Shown here piece by piece: positions 10,393-18,591 of a stretch of 64,000 nt of DNA. Position 1 is the stretch's first letter, and each line of letters starts with the position of its first letter. Under the pieces are notes generated by a model. It worked only from the letters and a program-made list of their open reading frames with translations, was not told the origin of the DNA and searched no databases. Source of the DNA: a virus (lineage: Duplodnaviria; Caudoviricetes). The stretch spans positions 45,935 through 109,934 of IMG/VR virus record IMGVR_UViG_3300012983_000034; one strand, written 5' to 3'. The translations under genes were made by a program, and so were the position numbers.

Positions 10393-10593
10393 ATTTAACT
10401 CCTTATTTTTATAACTTTATTTGTTAAATGGAAATACTTCTTACACTGCCTCTCTTATATTAGTATATTAAAATAATAATTTTATGTCCAATAAATTGGA
10501 CATTTTTTTAGTCAATAGGTAAATAGAATCATTTTATTTCACTTATTCTGATTATTATGTTAATATGAATTTAAGAGGAGGTGGTGTAATCTT

Positions 10594-10665
10594 ATGACAG
10601 TAATTAAAAAGGTTATAAGGAAAGAGGTGATGTGTTTCATTGTTTTTGCATTGTTTCATTTGTAA
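10594..10665 (+). CDS. 23-aa putative leader peptide upstream of the integrase
   Basis: Very strong RBS AAGAGGAGGTGG; MTVIKKVIRKEVMCFIVFALFHL. Confidence 0.35.
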   Translation: MTVIKKVIRKEVMCFIVFALFHL

Positions 10666-10705
10666 TGAGACAATGGATGTTTTAATGAAATAATCATCTA
10701 AGGAA

Positions 10706-12337
10706 GTGCATCCAATGGCGAGTATACAAAGAACGATAATAAGAGAAAATCGAAGGAGAGTTGCTGTTGCTTACGCTCGTTTCTCTTCTAACAATCAGCG
10801 TGAAGAAAGTATTGACGCTCAATTAAGGGCTATCCGTGAGTATTGTGAAAGAGAAAATATCGAGTTAGTAGCAGAGTTTACAGATGAAGCGCAGAGCGGT
10901 AAAACAGATGACCGTGAAGATTTTCAGAATATGATTAACAAATTATTGAAAGGTCATATTCAAGCAGACTATGTTTTAGTTCATAAATTCAACCGTTTTG
11001 CGAGGAACAAATTTGATAGTGCTTTATACAAGAAGAAATTAAGAGATATAGATGTTAAAGTTGTTTCTGTATCTCAGAAGATTGACGATACACCAGAGGG
11101 TGAATTGTTAGAAGGTTTTCTTGAAACCATCGACCAATACTACTCTGCTAACCTTGCTGCTGAGGTAAGGAAAGGTCTTAGAGAAAACGCATTAAAAGGC
11201 AAACATGCTGGTGGTCAAGTCTTATTTGGATACTCTCTTGATGAAGATGGATATTATGTACCAAATGAGAACGCAAAGATTGTTAAGCGCATCTTTGAAG
11301 AGTATGTACAGGGGTATCCTAAAACAGAAATTTGTGAAAGACTTAATAAAGAAGGATATCGCAACCAGCGTGGAAAGCCATTCAATACTCGTACACTCTA
11401 TGACCTTTTAAGAAATGAGAAGTATATTGGTAATTATGTCTACACAATAGACAAGAAAGAAACAGTTCGTCTTGATGGGATTATTAAAGACCATCCGATT
11501 GACAAGCAACTTTGGCATCAGGTTCAAGAACTTTGTAAAGACTCAAGCGAAAAGGCACAAGCTAGACAACGAACACAAAAACGCTTTTACTATTTAACAG
11601 GAAAGGCTTATTGCGAAGAATGTGGTAGCAGAATTTGTGCCAATGGTTCTAAGCGTTCAAATGGCAAAGGCAAGTTAAATTATTATTATCAGTGTATTGG
11701 AAAAGTAAAGCAAAAAAATGGATGCAAAAATCCAGCTCTTAACAAAGATTGGGTTGAGCCAAAGGTTCTTAAATCAGTAATGAATATTGTTATGGACGAT
11801 AACCAGCTTGAGCAAATTGCAAAAGTTGCATTTGAAGAGATTATTGCTATGAGAGATACACCAGTTGTAACCACTGCTCAACTTAAAAAGGAATTAGCAC
11901 AAATTGATAAAAAGCAAGAAAGATTAAGAGACTTGTATATTGATGGAAATATGAGCAAAGAAATGCTCGATGAGAAAAATGGAGAGTTAGCAAGACGAAG
12001 ATATCAAATTGAAGATGAATTAGAAAAAAGAAAAAATATCTTCGACGCAGAAGACATTACGCCAGAAGATATTAAAGAGTTTATTGTTCAATATGTTGAA
12101 GATGTTCAGAATGATTACGACCAGTCAGATGATGAATTCAAAAGAATTATGATTAACACCTTTGTAGAAAGGGTTGATGTAAGCAAGGAGAAAGTGACCG
12201 TTCATATCCATACGCCGTTTAGTCGTATGGATAGAGGTTATAAGGGGAATTTTACTGGGGTGCTACACCGCTTATCAACCGTCAAACTAACACGGTCTTT
12301 CCCTCGTAAAAAGAATATTCACGGTAGACTTGATTGA
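10706..12337 (+). CDS. Large serine recombinase (phage integrase)
   Basis: YARFSS catalytic motif, NRFAR, recombinase domain, zinc ribbon (CEECG..YYQC..C), coiled coil; likely start ATG 10715. Confidence 0.95.
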   Translation: MHPMASIQRTIIRENRRRVAVAYARFSSNNQREESIDAQLRAIREYCERENIELVAEFTDEAQSGKTDDREDFQNMINKLLKGHIQADYVLVHKFNRFARNKFDSALYKKKLRDIDVKVVSVSQKIDDTPEGELLEGFLETIDQYYSANLAAEVRKGLRENALKGKHAGGQVLFGYSLDEDGYYVPNENAKIVKRIFEEYVQGYPKTEICERLNKEGYRNQRGKPFNTRTLYDLLRNEKYIGNYVYTIDKKETVRLDGIIKDHPIDKQLWHQVQELCKDSSEKAQARQRTQKRFYYLTGKAYCEECGSRICANGSKRSNGKGKLNYYYQCIGKVKQKNGCKNPALNKDWVEPKVLKSVMNIVMDDNQLEQIAKVAFEEIIAMRDTPVVTTAQLKKELAQIDKKQERLRDLYIDGNMSKEMLDEKNGELARRRYQIEDELEKRKNIFDAEDITPEDIKEFIVQYVEDVQNDYDQSDDEFKRIMINTFVERVDVSKEKVTVHIHTPFSRMDRGYKGNFTGVLHRLSTVKLTRSFPRKKNIHGRLD

Positions 12338-12467
12338 TTTAGTTTAACAATGATTATAGCACACTACAGTATAAAAGGAAGTGAAAATATTTTACGCAAA
12401 GTTATCACAGAGTATGATGCTTTGTGGTAACTTTGTATCATATTAAACTTTCAGGTAGGTGAGATTT

Positions 12468-12701
12468 ATGAATAGCGATAAAGAGTTATTTGACCTTGCT
12501 AAAAGATATGCTCATTTAGAAAGTCTGTTTCAAACAGTTGCAACAGAGTTTGAGATTGAAGAAGTTAAAGAAGCTATGGAAGAAATATTGAACACTCTTT
12601 TAGAAAAGAGATATAATGCCGACAAATTCGTTCATTATAAAAAGATGTACAAAGAAATGACTATGGGAGAATATTTTGAGTTTATCAAAACACTTGAATA
12701 G
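12468..12701 (+). CDS. Hypothetical protein
   Basis: AGGTGAG RBS; downstream of integrase. Confidence 0.65.
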   Translation: MNSDKELFDLAKRYAHLESLFQTVATEFEIEEVKEAMEEILNTLLEKRYNADKFVHYKKMYKEMTMGEYFEFIKTLE

Positions 12702-12714
12702 GAGTTGGAACATC

Positions 12715-13110
12715 ATGACGGATAAAATAAATGTTATGCATTATATTAGAAGAGGTAGACCAGAAAGAGCTGTAATTTATGTTAGAGGTCATGACGAAGA
12801 AGTAGAAACAGCACAAGAATTAAAATGTAGAATGTACGCAAAAGACAAAGGATATGAAGTTGCATATGTAACAAGTCATATTGAAGATGTAAATTTATGT
12901 GATGTTTTGTTGGTTGCAAACTTTTCAAGAATTAGTCGCAAACAAATGGAGTTTGTAAAGATTTATAAATTGTTTAAAGCAAGAGGTATTAGAATTGAAA
13001 GTGCTACTGGACAACACGATATTAGCAAAGCATTTTCTGCCAAAGATATTTATAAGGCATTAGATTTATTTTTTAAAAAAGATTTTAATGAACCATTAAA
13101 AAAAGATTGA
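12715..13110 (+). CDS. Serine-resolvase N-terminal-like protein lacking the catalytic Ser
   Basis: RAVIYVRG in place of YxRVS; Q...C..YA...GYEV; FSRISR motif. Confidence 0.7.
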   Translation: MTDKINVMHYIRRGRPERAVIYVRGHDEEVETAQELKCRMYAKDKGYEVAYVTSHIEDVNLCDVLLVANFSRISRKQMEFVKIYKLFKARGIRIESATGQHDISKAFSAKDIYKALDLFFKKDFNEPLKKD

Positions 13111-13135
13111 CCTTAGATTATTATATTAGTATAAT
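13107..13135 (+). promoter_or_regulatory. SigmaA-type promoter
   Basis: TTGACC-N17-TATAAT. Confidence 0.75.
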
Positions 13136-13141
13136 AAAGAT

Positions 13142-13285
13142 ACCCTTTCTAAAGACCAAGAAATTACCATTTAGTATGTAGGGTTTGTCATTTCTAAACA
13201 TATATCATATATGTATCATCTGTTTATTTCCACGTTGAGATGACAAATTAAACCCCGTAGATTAATCTCTACGGGGTCTTTTTTT
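13142..13285 (+). ncRNA. Candidate small RNA (~145 nt)
   Basis: Own promoter, internal stems, ends in terminator, no RBS-led ORF. Confidence 0.5.
13252..13285 (+). terminator. Rho-independent terminator
   Basis: ACCCCGTAGA-TTAATC-TCTACGGGGT then C and T7. Confidence 0.85.
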
Positions 13286-13346
13286 ACCTTGCTGGATGTA
13301 CGAGCAGCCATTGATGCTAATTCTAATATTATTTATATCCACTTGT

Positions 13347-13550
13347 TTAAAATTTATGCGTCTTTTTATTTTTTTTATTTATTATTGACAACATTTTTCT
13401 GCCGTCTTTATAACCTTGATTGTATGCATTCTGTAAATTATCTTCTTGTTTATCATTAAACGGCGGAAAACTAATTGTGCACATTAATATTACAACATTA
13501 ATTAACACAATTGATGCAATAGCAATAAAGGATAGTATATACTCCATCAT
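13347..13550 (-). CDS. Small membrane protein
   Basis: N-terminal hydrophobic helix. Confidence 0.6.
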   Translation of the reverse strand: MMEYILSFIAIASIVLINVVILMCTISFPPFNDKQEDNLQNAYNQGYKDGRKMLSIINKKNKKTHKF

Positions 13551-13553
13551 TTT

Positions 13554-14111
13554 TTAATATTCACTTCTTAAAGAATTATTCAAGCAATCATTCATAAAAC
13601 AATTTGCTTTTACTTTTAGGTCTTCCAGTGTGCCGTTATTATTGATTACAATATCGTAATCATAATTATATACATTTTCATCTGCCATATTAGAAGTAAT
13701 GTGTTTTACCGAGTCTCTTTTAACCAAGATTGTCTTTGCGTTATATTCTTTAAATTCATTTAAAGCTTTCGAAATTTCTTTTGGTTCTCTAATATGTAAA
13801 AACAATATTTTTGAAATATCAACGCCATCATTCATAACGCTATTTGCAAATTTCTTCATATCATTTAAAGGCATATCATTGTATTCTGTGGTCAGTAATT
13901 TTAGGTCTGATAAAAACTTTCTATCTTTTTCTGTTTTTGCGCCATTCCAACCAATAATTTTAGCGACTTCTTTAACCTTTGAAACAGATGAATAATTATC
14001 CACTTTTGTAGAAATATCGGCTTGGTTTCGTACTTCTTCAACAAATGCGTCTTTGCCTACTCCACCTGAGCCATTAATAATAAAAATTTGTTGTTTCATA
14101 ATTTTCTCCAT
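13554..14111 (-). CDS. Deoxynucleoside monophosphate kinase (P-loop)
   Basis: IINGSGGVGKD Walker A; adjacent to thyA. Confidence 0.75.
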   Translation of the reverse strand: MEKIMKQQIFIINGSGGVGKDAFVEEVRNQADISTKVDNYSSVSKVKEVAKIIGWNGAKTEKDRKFLSDLKLLTTEYNDMPLNDMKKFANSVMNDGVDISKILFLHIREPKEISKALNEFKEYNAKTILVKRDSVKHITSNMADENVYNYDYDIVINNNGTLEDLKVKANCFMNDCLNNSLRSEY

Positions 14112-14113
14112 AT

Positions 14114-14980
14114 TTAAATGCCTAACTCTAATGTTAACTGAGGCTTAATAGGTTCATAGTTTAACATTGTAAAGTCGTCAATTGTCATTTCAAAAAAGTT
14201 TGTTACATCTGGATTTAGAATGAGATTTGGATTCGGCTTATACGCCTCATCTCTTTCTAAAAACATTTTTCCTTCTAAAAACTCAAATCTGTTTAATAAC
14301 TCATTTGCTTGCTCGGTATGTCTATCATAAATCTGTTCATTTGCGATAAAATGAGTAAACACACCAGCCTCATATCCACAATGTCTTGCAATCATCATAA
14401 GCAATGCGGCGTATTGAACTTCATTCATACAGCCAGCACCAGAAGCAGTAATCATATCCCCACTTCTCTGAATTAAGCACATATCAAGATACTTTCCTCT
14501 TACATTCCAAATTGTTAGAAACGCACAAGGGGCAAGACCTTTTGTTTCTCTCAAATCAGTTTCTTGCCAAAGAGACATAACTTTTCTTCTGCCATATGGG
14601 TCTTTCTTAATGTCTTCAATAAGATTATTAATTAAATCGTATCTTTTTACTGTAGCGCCATATCTTTGACCAATCGTGCCATCACCAATATCCCAAGGAT
14701 TCCACCATTTTACACCCATCTCTTCCATTTCAGAAATTACATTGGTAGGTTTCTGATAAATAGTAAAAATTTCTTTGATACCAGTTTTCCAAACAATTGG
14801 TCTTAGTGTTAAGATGGGAAATTCGCCTTTGGATAAATCATATTTTCTTGTAATATGATTAACAGATAGAGTATGTGCTGAACTTCCATCTGCATATTTT
14901 GGACGAGGGTTTTCATCCAAATATCCATTTACCAAAATATCTTTAATTGCATCATTCATATAAATATCTGCTTTATTCAT
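14114..14980 (-). CDS. thyA: Thymidylate synthase
   Basis: LAPCAF catalytic Cys, QRSGD, IYDRH. Confidence 0.95.
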   Translation of the reverse strand: MNKADIYMNDAIKDILVNGYLDENPRPKYADGSSAHTLSVNHITRKYDLSKGEFPILTLRPIVWKTGIKEIFTIYQKPTNVISEMEEMGVKWWNPWDIGDGTIGQRYGATVKRYDLINNLIEDIKKDPYGRRKVMSLWQETDLRETKGLAPCAFLTIWNVRGKYLDMCLIQRSGDMITASGAGCMNEVQYAALLMMIARHCGYEAGVFTHFIANEQIYDRHTEQANELLNRFEFLEGKMFLERDEAYKPNPNLILNPDVTNFFEMTIDDFTMLNYEPIKPQLTLELGI

Positions 14981-15009
14981 TATCTTACCTCTTATATATT
15001 TATGTCTTA

Positions 15010-15420
15010 TTAGATATAATCCCCATAGGTATGACCACTTAGAACGCCGTTATCCTGAAGAAACGCCATCCATTTTTCTACCTGTTCTTTAACAATATTT
15101 GCACATTCGTTTTGAGGATTTTTTCTTAATAAATGTTGATAATCATAAGGCTGACAAAAATCCAAATCTACAATCATAATGTCTATATCTGAGCCATCTT
15201 TAGGAATCTTTACCGTAAAATCAATTTCGATATCTTTCCACTTTTTATTATTAGGAAACTGAATCATCTTAGAAAACCACCAATAAGGACTTGGCTTTTC
15301 GTGGTCTGTTCCTTCATAGTAATTCTTTTTAAAACCAATCTCTTTCATCTTTTCATCTGAAAGAATATTGTACTTAATTAGTTTGTTTACTCCGTTGGAG
15401 TTTTTTTCTACATAAGGCAT
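15010..15420 (-). CDS. Hypothetical protein
   Basis: RBS-led ORF in operon. Confidence 0.7.
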   Translation of the reverse strand: MPYVEKNSNGVNKLIKYNILSDEKMKEIGFKKNYYEGTDHEKPSPYWWFSKMIQFPNNKKWKDIEIDFTVKIPKDGSDIDIMIVDLDFCQPYDYQHLLRKNPQNECANIVKEQVEKWMAFLQDNGVLSGHTYGDYI

Positions 15421-15435
15421 TTTAAATAATCTCCT

Positions 15436-15633
15436 TTAAATATCGCTATCTTCGATTACATCAAATTCTTTAAGAAGACATTCTTCACATATTTCATCGC
15501 TTCCATATTTATATAACTTAACATCTTCTTCGCCACAATAATCGCACTTGAAATGTTGAACCTTTTTATATTTACAGGAGCTACCCAAACACGGTAATCC
15601 GCAGCCTACACAATCATTTGAATAATATTTCAT
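15436..15633 (-). CDS. Cys-rich zinc-binding hypothetical protein
   Basis: Multiple CxxC motifs. Confidence 0.65.
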   Translation of the reverse strand: MKYYSNDCVGCGLPCLGSSCKYKKVQHFKCDYCGEEDVKLYKYGSDEICEECLLKEFDVIEDSDI

Positions 15634-15654
15634 TATTATACAACCTTTATAAGT

Positions 15655-16161
15655 TTAATAGTCTTCTGATTCAAACGGGATTTCTGTAGAATAAAAATCA
15701 TTGGACACAGTAACCTCATACATTTCATCACCGCTCCATCTGCGCACATTAATATAGAAATTACCAGTAATATGACCACCATAGGAATACTCTTCTTTGT
15801 TCGTTCTAAAATAATCAATTGCTTTTAAAATGTATTCTCTAATCATTTCATTATTGCAACAATCAACAGCGCCAGTTTCTGTGGAAAAGCGCCAAAAATG
15901 AACTGGAAATTCAACATTGTTTGCCGTTAATGCAATATTGTTTTCATTATCTTCAAGCATATTATCGTGTTTACACAACGGACAGTCAACAAATACACAT
16001 CCAAGAACGCCAATTCTTATATCTGATTTTTCATATTCCAATTCAGAACCACATTTTTCGCAAATTAATTTGCGAGGATACGGTTTTTCTTGCTTAATAT
16101 CTTCTTCCTTGATATGTTCTTCAATATTTGTTTCTTGATAATTATTTTTTAATACCTTCAT
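15655..16161 (-). CDS. Zinc-ribbon hypothetical protein
   Basis: CEKCG..CPLC; GGAGG RBS. Confidence 0.7.
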   Translation of the reverse strand: MKVLKNNYQETNIEEHIKEEDIKQEKPYPRKLICEKCGSELEYEKSDIRIGVLGCVFVDCPLCKHDNMLEDNENNIALTANNVEFPVHFWRFSTETGAVDCCNNEMIREYILKAIDYFRTNKEEYSYGGHITGNFYINVRRWSGDEMYEVTVSNDFYSTEIPFESEDY

Positions 16162-16172
16162 TTTTACCCTCC

Positions 16173-16466
16173 TTATTTATTTTCTTCCCACGAAATCATT
16201 ACATTATTGCTAAATTCAATTTCGTTATTTAAAACCTTTTCTCTTTGTTCAAAGTTGTCCCAGATAGTCTCTGGTCGAATCATTTTTATTTTTATAGGTC
16301 TTTTATCGTTTTGAATTTGTTGAACGGTTTGAAGAAAGTTGGCAATTAACATTTCTTTTGGTGCTTGCATTGTTTGTTTATTTGTCAATTTGTCTTCTAT
16401 ATAAACTTCAAATGTAACTTCAAACGGCTCAAATATATCGCCAAAATTTATAAATATATTAATCAC
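16173..16466 (-). CDS. Hypothetical protein
   Basis: ORF downstream of tRNA array. Confidence 0.65.
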   Translation of the reverse strand: MINIFINFGDIFEPFEVTFEVYIEDKLTNKQTMQAPKEMLIANFLQTVQQIQNDKRPIKIKMIRPETIWDNFEQREKVLNNEIEFSNNVMISWEENK

Positions 16467-16487
16467 CTACTTAAAATATGGATTTTA

Positions 16488-16563
16488 TGGCTGCCCCTAT
16501 TGGATTCGAACCAATGATGCAGGAGTCAAAGTCCTGTGCCTTAACCAGCTTGGCGAAGGGGCA
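16488..16563 (-). tRNA. tRNA-Gln(TTG)
   Basis: Cloverleaf; CAGGA CT TTG AC TCCTG; encoded CCA. Confidence 0.93.
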
Positions 16564-16568
16564 ATATA

Positions 16569-16643
16569 TGGTGACGCATACGAGAATCGAACTCGTGTTA
16601 CCGCCTTGAAGGGGCGGTGTCTTAACCGCTTGACCAATGCGCC
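16569..16643 (-). tRNA. tRNA-Glu(TTC), atypical C33
   Basis: CCGCC CC TTC AA GGCGG; encoded CCA. Confidence 0.88.
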
Positions 16644-16647
16644 ATAT

Positions 16648-16724
16648 TGGTATGCCTGAGAGGATTCGAACCTCCGACCCATTGATTAAAAGTCAATTGC
16701 TCTGACCAACTGAGCTACAAGCAC
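16648..16724 (-). tRNA. tRNA-Lys(TTT)
   Basis: ATTGA CT TTT AA TCAAT; encoded CCA. Confidence 0.93.
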
Positions 16725-16728
16725 ATAT

Positions 16729-16825
16729 TGGTGCAAGGCATTTCCTCCTTGCCAGAGAGCTTTTCATCTCTTATATATCCCCAAAAATATATAGCCTTTT
16801 GAAACGAGGATGCGCCCAAGTGGGC
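16729..16825 (-). ncRNA. CCA-terminated structured element inside the tRNA array (not a cloverleaf)
   Basis: Ends GCAAGG-AGGAAATG-CCTTGC-ACCA; occupies a tRNA-sized slot. Confidence 0.35.
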
Positions 16826-16902
16826 TGGTCTGGACAACAGGATTTGAACCTGCGGCATCTACATCCCAAATGTAGCGCTCTACCAAACTGAGCTATGTCC
16901 AG
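16826..16902 (-). tRNA. tRNA-Pro(TGG)
   Basis: CTACA TT TGG GA TGTAG; encoded CCA. Confidence 0.93.
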
Positions 16903-16905
16903 ATG

Positions 16906-16981
16906 TGGAGCTAGATAAGGGACTCGAACCCTTAACATCTTGATTACAAATCAAGCCCTCTACCAATTGAGATAATCTAGC
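16906..16981 (-). tRNA. tRNA-Thr(TGT)
   Basis: CTTGA TT TGT AA TCAAG; encoded CCA. Confidence 0.92.
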
Positions 16982-16985
16982 ATAT

Positions 16986-17079
16986 TGGCGCAGAGGGTGG
17001 GATTCGAACCCACGTGCCAGCTCATCACTGACAAACTGTTTTCAAGACAGCCTCGTTATGACCGCTTCGATACCTCTGC
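16986..17079 (-). tRNA. tRNA-Ser(TGA)
   Basis: CTGT CT TGA AA ACAG, long variable arm, G73, CCA. Confidence 0.92.
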
Positions 17080-17117
17080 ATAGTAAGTGAGTATTTGCCC
17101 TCACTAACGGCATTTAA

Positions 17118-17243
17118 TTAGCCTTTGAGCTTTCTAATTCTTCGTTCGAGCTTACGAACGATTCTACCATTCTCTCTACCTCTCTCCTTGAGAAGAGCAA
17201 TTCTACACTCACACTTCAAAATTTCAAGTTCAACTGCACTCAT
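17118..17243 (-). CDS. 41-aa Arg/Lys-rich protein within the tRNA operon
   Basis: AAAGGAG RBS; MSAVELEILKCECRIALLKERGRENGRIVRKLERRIRKLKG. Confidence 0.65.
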   Translation of the reverse strand: MSAVELEILKCECRIALLKERGRENGRIVRKLERRIRKLKG

Positions 17244-17279
17244 TTGTATTTCTCCTTTGTTTGTTTTGAATTTATAATA

Positions 17280-17356
17280 TGGTGGGTCTTCAGGGACTTG
17301 AACCCTAAACCTGCTGGTTATGAGCCAGATGCTCTGACCAATTGAGCTAAAGACCC
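17280..17356 (-). tRNA. tRNA with CAT anticodon (probably Ile2; Met not excluded)
   Basis: CTGG CT CAT AA CCAG; GGGTCTTTAGCTCA 5' end resembles Firmicutes tRNA-Ile2. Confidence 0.88.
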
Positions 17357-17451
17357 ATATTCAATCCAGCAACTTAATGCTGGATTGTTTTTATATAACC
17401 TTATTAGTTATACAAAGTTTGTTTTGTCGCTTTCTTCCCTCGACAGTGTGT

Positions 17452-17480
17452 ATTATACCACACTTAAAAGGTTTTGTCAA
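17452..17480 (-). promoter_or_regulatory. Consensus sigmaA promoter of the tRNA operon
   Basis: TTGACA-N17-TATAAT with extended TGn. Confidence 0.85.
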
Positions 17481-17503
17481 TAGTTTTTTTGAAATTTTTT
17501 AAT

Positions 17504-18085
17504 TTATTTTTCATTCATTACAATTATCTCTTTTAGTGTTCTTGGAGTCCAATCTAATATTGCGGCTCCAACATTGTATGCAACTGCTGTCGGACAATCG
17601 GTGTATCCCTTTAATTCTCTGTCTTTAAAAAATTCATTTAAATACTCCAAAGAATGTTTATATACATCCCATTCGTTGCTTGCGTGAACGTGACCATACA
17701 AATGAATCCATCCTTTATGTTGATTGTTCCACATTAAAATAGGATAGTGACACAAAACAAGGTTATGATTAAGACCGTTATAATTGTCTGTAATTTCTTT
17801 ATAAGGAACAACTTCTACAAACAATTGTCTTAACCTATTATCTTTTAACTTCTCGTGGTTTCCTTGAATTAAATGTTTATTTCCTTTAAGAGTAGAAATA
17901 ATTTCGCAAAGATATTCATTATCTTTATTGCTGCCTTCTCTGCCAATATCGCCAAGGATATACACATTATCGTTATTATGAATTTTGCTGTTCCAATTTT
18001 CTTTTATTATTTTATCGTGTTCTAATGTACGACCTTCATATATGTTTTGACAGCCTAAGTGCATATCTGATATAAAATAATTCAT
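17504..18085 (-). CDS. Calcineurin-like metallophosphoesterase
   Basis: SDMH, LGD, GNHE, HYP, GHVH motifs. Confidence 0.9.
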   Translation of the reverse strand: MNYFISDMHLGCQNIYEGRTLEHDKIIKENWNSKIHNNDNVYILGDIGREGSNKDNEYLCEIISTLKGNKHLIQGNHEKLKDNRLRQLFVEVVPYKEITDNYNGLNHNLVLCHYPILMWNNQHKGWIHLYGHVHASNEWDVYKHSLEYLNEFFKDRELKGYTDCPTAVAYNVGAAILDWTPRTLKEIIVMNEK

Positions 18086-18112
18086 TATTTACCTTCTTTA
18101 TTTGCTTTCTAT

Positions 18113-18310
18113 TCATGGTGCAATACCAACATCCCATTCCCAATAATCTTCGCCATCAGGAGTTTCATAGGACTTTATCCATTCTTTATACTTTTCTTTG
18201 CCAAGCAAAGCACGAACCATTTGGTCAATTACCCACATTTTATGATGATTACCATCAATCTGACCACAAGACCAAGCATAACTTAATGCCTTTTTGATTC
18301 TCTCTTCCAT
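18113..18310 (-). CDS. Hypothetical phage protein
   Basis: DGNHHKMWVIDQMVRAL..WDVGIAP. Confidence 0.7.
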   Translation of the reverse strand: MEERIKKALSYAWSCGQIDGNHHKMWVIDQMVRALLGKEKYKEWIKSYETPDGEDYWEWDVGIAP

Positions 18311-18337
18311 AGTTTATTTCCTTATAAAATTATCTTT

Positions 18338-18568
18338 TTAAATGCTAAGTGACAATGATTTCTTTTCGCCACACTTAAAACAAGTATAATAATTAATAAC
18401 ATCGTTCGATGTAACGGTGCTTCCAGTTAGCTCCCATTCGTGTTCGCATTCTTTCTGTTTCTCATTTTCTTCTTTTTCTTGAATATAAATTTCTAACAAG
18501 ACTGCTTCACACATCCTATCGTATTTGTCGCACCAATTACACGGCAATCTATACTTACAATCTTTCAT
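18338..18568 (-). CDS. Cys-rich hypothetical protein
   Basis: Bounded by TAAAA-N6-TTTTA sites; GAGGT RBS. Confidence 0.7.
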   Translation of the reverse strand: MKDCKYRLPCNWCDKYDRMCEAVLLEIYIQEKEENEKQKECEHEWELTGSTVTSNDVINYYTCFKCGEKKSLSLSI

Positions 18569-18591
18569 TCTTACCTCTTAAAATCTCAGTT

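Noticed and set aside
14114-14980. Base-modifying dCMP hydroxymethylase
   Set aside because: Retains the dUMP-specifying Asn (NEVQY) and standard ThyA motifs; no modification cluster nearby.
16569-16643. Opal suppressor tRNA (TCA register) or recoded genome
   Set aside because: The stem pairs only in the TTC register, and long genes are intact under code 11.
16497-16682. 61-aa ORF
   Set aside because: Overlaps three tRNA genes.
16729-16825. HDV-like (theta) ribozyme after tRNA-Pro, suggested by TCCTCGT
   Set aside because: P3 and P1 pairings of the nested double pseudoknot could not be formed by eye.
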